DNA of 64,000 bases from assembly GCF_041956535.1 (NCBI RefSeq), contig NW_027192198.1:318714-382713 (forward strand). Reading direction: 5' to 3'. This stretch comes from Calcarisporiella thermophila CBS 279.70. Its lineage: Eukaryota > Fungi > Calcarisporiellomycota. Shown piece after piece: positions 55,544-64,000 of the stretch (position 1 is its first letter; each line of letters begins with the position of its first letter). A model generated the notes under the pieces. It had not been told where the DNA came from. It did not search any database and saw nothing but the letters and a program-made list of their open reading frames with translations. The position numbers were made by a program, and so were the translations under genes.

Positions 55544-57298
55544 CGTCCTGGAACAGAGCACTCAGTAGGAATGATAAGAATGAGCCTTTGCAGGAAGGAA
55601 ATGGTCAGAGAGGATGAAAAGAGTGCGTGGGCAAAAGAGCGAATGAGAAAGGGGGAGAAAAGAGCGTGTAAGCGAGCCGTTACGTGCACTGTTCGGGAGT
55701 TTTTTTCTCGTTTTTTTTTGCGGACGCCTAAAGTAATTTTTTTCTCACCGATCCAGCGAATAAATGGACAAGTGTGAAATTTGACGCTGTCAAATAATTT
55801 TAATTAAATTGCTTCACCCGGCGGCCCCCCTCCCCCCCGTGCCAGCGGTGTAGGACGGGGGACCGAGGAGAGGGTGCTTGTTTTATTCGAAAACGGCACA
55901 GATGAGCGGAGGTTAACTCCCCTTTGGGACTGGCCTTGGCGGGCCTTGAGCCGCGCCGAGCCTGTCAGGCCTCGCAGCCGGCCGCGCACCGCGATCCTGA
56001 GCGGATCGAAGTTTCCATGGTTGCCCTAATAGGGTCCTGCGGGCTTACCTAAGGTGAAATGGGGCAGAGCAAGGGTATGTGAACCGGCCCAAGGATCGAG
56101 CCTCGCCTGCAGTCATGCGGGCGAGGGATTCGCATATTCGCAAGGGGGGCAGGGGAAGGGCAAGCTCGCAGCGCGGATGGCCGCTGCAGCGCGTGAGCCA
56201 ATTTCGCAGAGGAGGGGGGGGCGCGGGGATGGGATGCCATAGAGGGAAACCGGGCTTTTCTTTTTTTTTTCCTCTGCCGCGCGAGACTGCAAGGGTTTCA
56301 TCCCAAAAAATCCTAACAAAATTAAAATCGTCGAGACTGGCTGTGCGGGAGGGCCCTCCAAGCCCAGATAGCGGGGGATAGCCAATGAGCCGCCCCTCCA
56401 AGCCAGATTGCCGAAAAATGCTAAAGGAGCCTAGGAATAGCCGGGAGTGCGAGAAAGCTGAATCAGAGCGGGAGGGGGAGGGTGGTCCGGGCGAGCGGCC
56501 TCAATTACCGCTTGGGCCAAGCCGCCAGAGAAGAGGAAAAAAAGCGCGGTGCCACTTATGGGCCAGTGGGAGGACTCCGAGGCGAGGGGGCGAGCAAGGA
56601 GAGAGCAAATATGGGACCTCGGTGCCGATATCTCGAGCTGCAAGCGAAACCTGGGTAATCAGATCGACATGGGGAGCCAATTTTCACGGTGTCGTTTATC
56701 CCGGTGCTCAATTCCAGCGGGCAATCAAGCCATCCGACGCTCTGTGCTGGGAAAGTTGCTTAGCTCACGCGGGGCGCTTCTTCCGGTGATGACGATTTCT
56801 GCGAAATGGATCGAGATCTCCCGCAGAGGGGAGAGCGAGGGCAGGAGAGGCCGCTTCTCTGCCGCAGCCCACGCTTAGGCCGACGTGAACAAGGCCGGGC
56901 CGGAGGTTGCCCTTGCTTGGCCGGATCCTCACGCAAGACTCCGCTACCAGCGGGGACGAGGGGCGACCCGATGCCGGGGATTTCAGTTTGGATGCACGCA
57001 ATGTAAGTAGAATGCCAGAAAATCAAATTTTGCGAATTTATACATCATATAGGGGGGGGGTGGGGGGCCTAAACGGAGAGTTACAAGAATAAAGCAAATC
57101 ATGGGGGTCTTGAAAATGAACGAAAGAAATAAAAATAAAACATTGAAGTGAGGCGGGGGGTCATTGGGATAAAAGGGTGAAATAAAAGGGGGAGAGGAAT
57201 CAAAAGAGAAAGAAAGCTTGAGTGTTTATAGACATATTACAGGGGAGGAGGAAAAAAAAAAGGAGTAAATAGATAGACAGATTGCGAGATGGTAAATA

Positions 57299-58694
57299 TC
57301 ACTTTCGACTTCTCCCGACCACCACCACCTGCATTGGATCCGCCCCACCGTACCGCCGCTTGATGGGAAGCGTTTTACTTCGCGCCACCTCGACAGACGG
57401 CCGGTGCACCGGCTCCTTGCTGGCGGAGGGCGCGGTCGCGGCCGGCGAGGGAATGGGCGGAATCGAGCCGGTGAAAGGGGCTCTAGCAGAGGCGAACGCC
57501 ACTCCCCCCTGGGTGCTCTTGCTGGGCGGCGGGTCCTTCAGCGGGTCGGTGGGGGCTCGCCGCTTGGCGGGGGCCGCGCCCACATTCAAGCTCGGTACGG
57601 CCGAGGGATACTCGGGCGCCGCGGCTTGCCCGGCTCGCACCGAGGGTACCATGGGTGCGAGTGGGTTCGGGCGGAGGGAGGAGCTCCTCATTAGCTTGCT
57701 GCCCTGCGGGATGGAGAAGCTTGTGTGGTTCTCAATCAGAAATGCAATGACGCGCTGTGAGAGGCGGTAGGTGTGGGGTGCCATTTCGTCGTCTGGGTGC
57801 GACAAGAGGCCGGGCTGGAAGACGGAGGCGAGATTCTGCGAGTCCATACGGTTAGCATGACTGTGCGCGGCAAAGATGGCCAGCATATCAAGGAGGTATA
57901 AGAGCATAAACTGATGCGAAAGAGGAATGTGCTCAATCAGCAGCTGAAATTTCTCGATTCGCTGATCGCTGGTCAGATCTTCGACTTGAGGATGCAAGAT
58001 GAAAGGGAGAGGGGAGGTCAAAAGCTAAGCAAAGAATGGGCTCCTCGTCGACAATAGATACTCACGCATCACATTCCGGAATTCGTGGTAATAGCTGTGC
58101 GGGATAATTGGCTCGGGCAGGTAGTTGCAGAAGCGGCGAAGCACATTCGCGGCATCGTGCACGCTATAGCCCTTCCAGTCCAGAGTGCTGCCATAGGAGG
58201 GCGGGGTGTCGAATATTTGCTGGAGCTCGCCTATCCGCTTGGCCGACCCGGACACGCGAAAAATGCCCTCGACGTAGACGGCTAATGGTCAAGAATGACG
58301 GGGGTCAGAGGAAAGGCGCAATCAGGCCGCTTGGACAACTCACCTTGATCCTTTAAGAATGAGCCGCATTTGGCCACGATAATGGGGATGTATCCATAGC
58401 TGTAATCATGGCCCTCTATATAACTTATTGTCATGCGTGCGTAGTTTATGGATTCGGTGAGGGGAACGCCGAAAATGCCGTAGGCTACAGGGGAGAACCA
58501 GAGGGGAGGGGAGGCGCAAAGCTTCATGGTTAGCATCGCTGCGATCATCCTTCTGCCTCAGGAGAGCAGGGAACGCTCTTACCTCTGCCACCGGTGCTAG
58601 GGGCGCTTGCGGGATGGTTGGGCTTCGGGGAGTTGCGCCTCTTCCACCACATCCATTTATTTGGCTTTGCCGGGCTGGTGGATGTACTTGTCAT
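57299..58694 (-). CDS. Rho GTPase-activating protein (Sac7/Rga5-like), spliced
   Basis: GIFGVPL, IPIIVAKCGSFLK, EGIFRVSGS arginine finger, HDAANVLRRF, NRMDSQNLASVFQPGLL. Confidence 0.92.
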
Positions 58695-59421
58695 TGGGAT
58701 AGAAGTGCTACGGGCGGACGTGGTTCATAGAAGGGGAGTTGCAAAAATCAAACCGGCAGCAGGTCAGATTGTATAAAAATAAAAGTGCGAATAGCGAGCC
58801 GTGATCAAGGTCCCCTTAAAAAATGGTTAAGCCACTCAGAAGGGGATGGTCGAGCTGGCGGGTGTCCAACCTTATCCCAAGGGTCGATATCCAATTCCAG
58901 ACTCAGCCGCCAGAGGACCATACACCCGCTGTGTTCGATCTTCGCTGCCCGCGCCCTTCCCCTTCCCCTCTGCCTGCCGTCCTTTTGCCGCCAAGCATGA
59001 TGTGCTCTGCTAGAATCACCCACCGCATCCAGTGGTGAATTGGCCCACGCTTGAAGCAAAAATAGCGTGCGGGCTTGGGATTTGGCCCGCAAATGCTAAG
59101 GGCTGGATGGGGGCCGAGGTCGCGGCGGTCGCGAGGGCTCGGCCCCGGGCGGGACAGGGAAGGAAAGGAGGGGGAGGGGGGCAGATCCGGGAGTCTGTTG
59201 GCTTACACAGAGCTCAATTTCAGAGGAAATGAATTGGAAAACAATCTCCCTGGGTCACAGTTAGCCCGAGGGTTTATTCAGAGTTCCGCTAAGCGCAAGC
59301 TCGAGGGAACAGGTCAATAAAAATAAATAACACAGAGTCTCTATTCACAAGATAGTCTTAAATCCAACCCAATCCAAATAAACAAGAAAAACAATCCCAG
59401 GGCTGGATGCTGGCTTAAGGT

Positions 59422-59777
59422 TCACCACCGTCTCCCAACCTTGAGGAAGCATCATCTTAGCGAACATGACACACACTCACTGGAAAACACGATCACTTAC
59501 CGCCTTCTGCACGCAATTCTTGAAGGCTTGGAATTCGGCCGCACACAGATCCTTGCGAACCTCTTCAAGCTTCGACGTGACGCACATGCCGTATGCCGTC
59601 GCCTAACGCAGTAGAGAAGTAAAAGAATCATTGAATAAAAGAATCTGTGAATTTTGGGGAGAGGGTGGGGGGAGGGGGACGGAGAAGTTAAAAAGCCGTC
59701 AAATGAATGCTTACCTGTGAGCTACATTGACCCATTGATTTTGCAAACACAACTGTGGCACGCTTCCTGGGATCCAT
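59422..59777 (-). CDS. NDUFAF8: Twin CX9C complex I assembly factor NDUFAF8-like (60 aa, 3 exons)
   Basis: Spliced product is MDPRKRATVVFAKSMGQCSSQATAYGMCVTSKLEEVRKDLCAAEFQAFKNCVQKAVGRRW. It is largely missed by the ORF track. Confidence 0.88.
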
Positions 59778-60266
59778 CTTCGGCCTTGGATGCAATCTTG
59801 TAGGAGGATTGGCACGAAAAAGCAAACTGGTGAATGGGCAAAATTGTGACTGAGATTTCCGGAATGGCTGGAAATGACAGCCCTTATGATTCGAAATAAT
59901 CTTTTGTCCCAAACACTTTATGTACAAATTCTTTTCGCAAAATCGCCGTCTTCAAGTTGAAGGTAAGCTTATCAGAAAAAAGTGTGCAATGACCCCCAAG
60001 AGCGACACTCCCGACCATACGACGATCTAAAAGTGTCTGTCCTTTTCTTTATCTGTAGAATGCATTTATTAAGTTCTAGACAAGCTATTAGTTGTTTGTA
60101 TAGCACATTGGCTGTAAAAAAAAAAAAGTCAAAACCAATTCGACCAACTCTACAAGTAGTGGAGTGAACTGGGGAGTCGATATTGAAAGAAGAGCTGGTA
60201 GGCTCTCTAGATAGAGAGTCGAGGGCATATGGTCAAGGCTTCGCCCCCCCCCCCCTGTGACTGCCT

Positions 60267-62630
60267 CTATCCCTCTCGATCCTCCTCTAGCTCCTCCTCC
60301 CATTCACACCCGTCGTGCACACACACCCCAAACTCGGCGCTTTCCCGCATGATGGACCGTGCCTCTTCGTACCCAACCCCCTGGTCCTCCATGATCAACA
60401 TCACTGCGGTCTCAGGCACCATGACCTGTTGCAGATACTCGATGGGGGTTTGTGGAGCTGTGTCTGAGGGGGTCAGGCGATCCGTCCGGAGCAGTAGGTG
60501 AACGAGGGAGGAGAGTAAAACCGACGCTCCTCTGGGACCATAGTATCCCGGCTGGAAGAAAAACGCGAGGAATGGGCGAGGAACGAGGTGTCAGTAGCAA
60601 TTGAATTAAATCCAGGGAATTGGCACTCTCACCTGTGTCACCTCAAACCGGGTCATCAATTCACCTGTCTGTCGGGCCTTGGCCTTGCCCACTCGCTCAT
60701 ACGCCTCCATGGCCAACGTCTTGAAGAAGCTTGGCCGCTTGCCCTCGACAATGTCCATCAAATTGGGCACCATCCGCGTGATCCGAGCCGGGAGGGCCTC
60801 GAAATCGATCGAGAGCGGATACCCTTTCTCCACCCCCTCCGGCACAACCTGACGAAAGGCCCGATGAAGGCGGCAGAACGCGTGCTCCCGCATGAAGTCC
60901 TCGCCTTGAGCAGGAAGACATGCGAGGGCCTCGCGTAGTCGGCCTGGCAGCGGGTCCGGAAGTGGCTCGTGGCAGTAACGGCAATGGCCGCCTGGGGTGG
61001 GTGCTGTCAACGAGTCCCAAGTAAGCCCAATTCAAGGATGCTAGGCAACAAGAGTGGGGTGCTCACCTTTTTCGATGGAGTGGTCGGGGCTGAAGTGATC
61101 GAGATCGAACGGCTCCAGAGGCTGAATCTCTCGCTTGGGCGAGGGCGCCTTAAATGTCGCACCCAGCGCACTCTTAGGGGTCCTCGGCGTTTTGGCAAGG
61201 ATAAAGGGGCTGGAGCGCTCCGAGGCGGGGGGCAACTTGAGCTTCTTTTTACGACCCTGGATCGCCTGGCCAGGCGGGGATCCAGGGGTGACAGCGGTGG
61301 TCGCTTTCGAGGCGGTCTCGCCGATAGCATGACAGGGAGAGAAGAGTTGGGCATGGCTACAGAACCCTTCCGACCTGACCCCTATCGACCCACACTTCTC
61401 CTGGGTGCTCCTCATCGACACGGGGAGTCTGGTGTAGATTGAGCGGGAATCTCGAGTGTCTCCGGCAAGAGGAAGATCCCTCTTTCCCCCAGGCCGAGCT
61501 ATCGAGGTGCGCCGACGAGCGCTTTCTACCCTCTGTGGGGCTCTTCTTTTGGGCGTGAGTGGACTCGGAACGACGCCATTGTGCCCAACCACCTCTCTCC
61601 TACCAGGTGCAAACAACTCCAACGTTGGGCTCGGCCGCCGTTCTGTCAAAAGTGAAAGATCTCGCCCCATCTCCCTAGACAATCCCATTTCATTCGACCA
61701 TCGCCGGCGCTTCATCGGGCTCAATGATGGGGATCGAAGGGAGGGGGCAATAGGCGAAACAGAGCTTAGCGAGGCCCTTAGTTGAGCATTACAATTCCGA
61801 GGGCGCGTTTTCCTCGTGCCACTCTCTAAAACATCCTCCCCAGGCAGGGTGTTTTGACTTGCTCTTGACGACGTCGTAGAGGTAATAATAGAAAACGGAG
61901 ATTGGCTCCTAAACCATAGGTCTTCGGTATCATGTTCGTGTTCAATAATGCTTTTCACCCCTTTACGTGGAGAAATGATATCACTGACACCCCTGTTTGG
62001 CGGCAACGTGCCCTGTTTCTCTCGCTTTTTCCCCTTTGACAACGAAAGCGACTTTGCCGCAGCTCCTAATGTCCGATTACGAAATGCCAACGGAGTAGAC
62101 AACCTAGATCCTGGTGGAGATAGTCCACCCTTTTCGCGATTCAGATCGTTTTTTCCAGCCTTATGTAAACCCGCTGTGGCCAATGATGGTCGCCCTCTCT
62201 CTGTCTGGATTCTATATGGTCCCTCAAATATATTTTCCTCACCCCTTCCACTTCGATTCGCCATATCCAATGCCAAGTTGCCAATTATTTGACGTGACTT
62301 TCCTCCAACGCGGGACTCCTTGCTCTTGAACTTTTCGTGTGAGAATAGACGGGTTGCCCGCTCGTTAGCCTCGCTTGAATACTCCTTTTCAGGATGGATC
62401 TTTTCGCGTAGATCGGAGATGGCGGAATCCATGGGATGGGCATCCCCTATCAGATCTTGGGTCCATTCAGTGTCCTTACCCAATTCTCTCCTATTATTCC
62501 GGCGGGAAGGCGATGGCGGTTGGAACACGTCCCATTTTGAGGGCGGAGGGGGTGACGGACATTGGAATTTGGATTGATGCCGAGAAGAAGAAGGAGGAGA
62601 TGGTGAATCATAGAGATAACATGTGGACAT
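60267..62630 (-). CDS. RTC4-like domain protein (restriction of telomere capping 4) with long disordered N-terminus
   Basis: CRYCHEPLP..FCRLH..GYPLSIDF, PGYYGPRG, YLQQVMVPETAVMLIMED..EARSIMRESAEFG. Confidence 0.82.
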
Positions 62631-63241
62631 CTAGAGCTTTCAGCCAAACTGCTACAAAACAGACTACATGAAAACGCGGAGGAATCAAGGCGGGGAGGGG
62701 GTATCCTTTCTAACTTGAAAGAACTAGAAGTATTAATAACGGGAGACAAAATTGGAGAAATCCCAAGTCACAGCACGAAATATCAGATGAAGGGGAAGCC
62801 TGCCCGTAGTAGGTTGCAGTTTCAGTCTGTTGGACAACCAAGAATACGGCCGGTATCCCCACCCCGTATTGTACCGTGCTGAGATCCAGGCTGGTCATGA
62901 ACCGTATTGACCAGATGGTCCAAGAAAGGGCGCAGTGAGCCACACTGGACGGCACCTACTTCCGTCCTCTCAGATTTATTAACATCTAATGGATAGAGGA
63001 TAGAGGATAAAGTTGGAGGCCCCTTTAACCAACATTCACCAGCTAATTGACACACTAGGGCTATAGAAATACATCCGTATAAGCACAGAAACAAAGGAAA
63101 CACTTTGAAAACACGCAAGGAACCCACCTCTAGAAGAAGCAAAAAACACTAGGAAAAATACATTCGAGAGAGTGTGGGGGGAGAAGCGAGAGGGATACAT
63201 GAACGAAAGACACTATGATACATAGGGGCCCGTCGAGCCAA

Positions 63242-64000
63242 CTAATCCAACACTTCTCGGAGCTTTCGCGTCAGCGGCACCCTCACCATGCAGTCCAACG
63301 CCGAATTCAGGGGGGAGTCCAGCGGCGGGGAGAATGGCTTCAACAAAGCGACCTTGGGTTCGGCGGAGAAGAAGGGGGAGGGCAGGGCCACCGGCAATTG
63401 GGGGTATTGCATCTGAGGAATGGGCTGAAGGGTGTTAGGAGGAGAGGAGGAAAATAGAACCGGCCTTGCCTCGGATGGAGTGGGCGGCGTGATCGAAGCC
63501 GTGACAACCTCGTGCCGAGGCTTGTTCGGCCTCCGGTCGTGCGTGGGATTACTCAGAGGACTACTCGTTCCCCTCTCTTCCTCGGCGGCGGAAAACCCCA
63601 TTGGGTGAAGCTTGCCATCCACGCTCTCCTCCTCGCGAGTCCCCTCCAGTCCACCTTTGTCGACTGGCTGCAGGAGCTTTCTTACGACCCGCTCTAAGCT
63701 TCTCAGCCGCCTCTCCAGATCCTCTGTATCCGACAACCCCTGCCGCTTCCACCGGTCAGAAGTATGGACGCAGAGGTGGCCGCTCATGGTGCAGTAGCCG
63801 CAAGGGTCCTTTCCATCGCACTTCGTCTTGCGACGACGGCAAGTCTCACAGGCGCTACCGCTGGAGAGCCGCTGGGAAGAGATCCGGGCAAACTTGAGGG
63901 GGGAAATGACGCAGTCAGAGGGGGCCGACTCGCAAAAGTTGCACGGGCTATTCCCATTGCACCAGAGGCCCTGCACCTTACAGGGGATGCAGAGGACGGG
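63242..64000 (-). CDS. Zn2Cys6 transcription factor with two zinc clusters (5' end beyond window)
   Basis: CIPCKVQGLWCNGNSPCNFCESAPSDC and CETCRRRKTKCDGKDPCGYCTMSGHLC, followed by the coiled coil LERRLRSLE. Confidence 0.88.
   Translation of the reverse strand, partial: PVLCIPCKVQGLWCNGNSPCNFCESAPSDCVISPLKFARISSQRLSSGSACETCRRRKTKCDGKDPCGYCTMSGHLCVHTSDRWKRQGLSDTEDLERRLRSLERVVRKLLQPVDKGGLEGTREEESVDGKLHPMGFSAAEEERGTSSPLSNPTHDRRPNKPRHEVVTASITPPTPSEARPVLFSSSPPNTLQPIPQMQYPQLPVALPSPFFSAEPKVALLKPFSPPLDSPLNSALDCMVRVPLTRKLREVLD

Overview
Gene-dense, intron-rich nuclear DNA from a fungus. It is most likely an early-diverging lineage (Mucoromycota/Zoopagomycota-like); this is inferred from the T-box gene, TTC14- and NDUFAF6/8-like genes, a Zn2Cys6 factor and short GT-AG introns. 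I support one tRNA-Trp(CCA) and 23 spliced protein genes: Bre4/FUSC-like transporter, mitochondrial AK3-type adenylate kinase, ERGIC-53/Emp47-like lectin, RRM-YTH protein, P4-ATPase, PNPOx-like protein, cyclin, FHA kinase, Nup188, RanBP2-finger RNA-binding protein, NDUFAF6, caleosin-like protein, TTC14-like protein, PRO3, uridine-kinase-like protein, Crz1-type C2H2 factor, glucosidase I, T-box factor, AT-hook/tandem-DUF protein, RhoGAP, NDUFAF8, RTC4-like protein and a double Zn2Cys6 factor. No transposon or CRISPR signal is evident. The top finding is an unexplained ~600-nt GC-balanced, heavily base-paired island at 12.6-13.2 kb on the minus strand. It has a TATA-like element and a telomere-template-like CCCCUAACCC near its putative 5' end, making it a candidate telomerase RNA or other large ncRNA. 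Other findings include a fungal T-box gene with an overlapping uORF, several apparent pseudoenzymes, an atypical second Zn cluster and a frameshift in the TTC14-like gene. Exon boundaries were read by eye, and family calls come from remembered motifs, not database searches.
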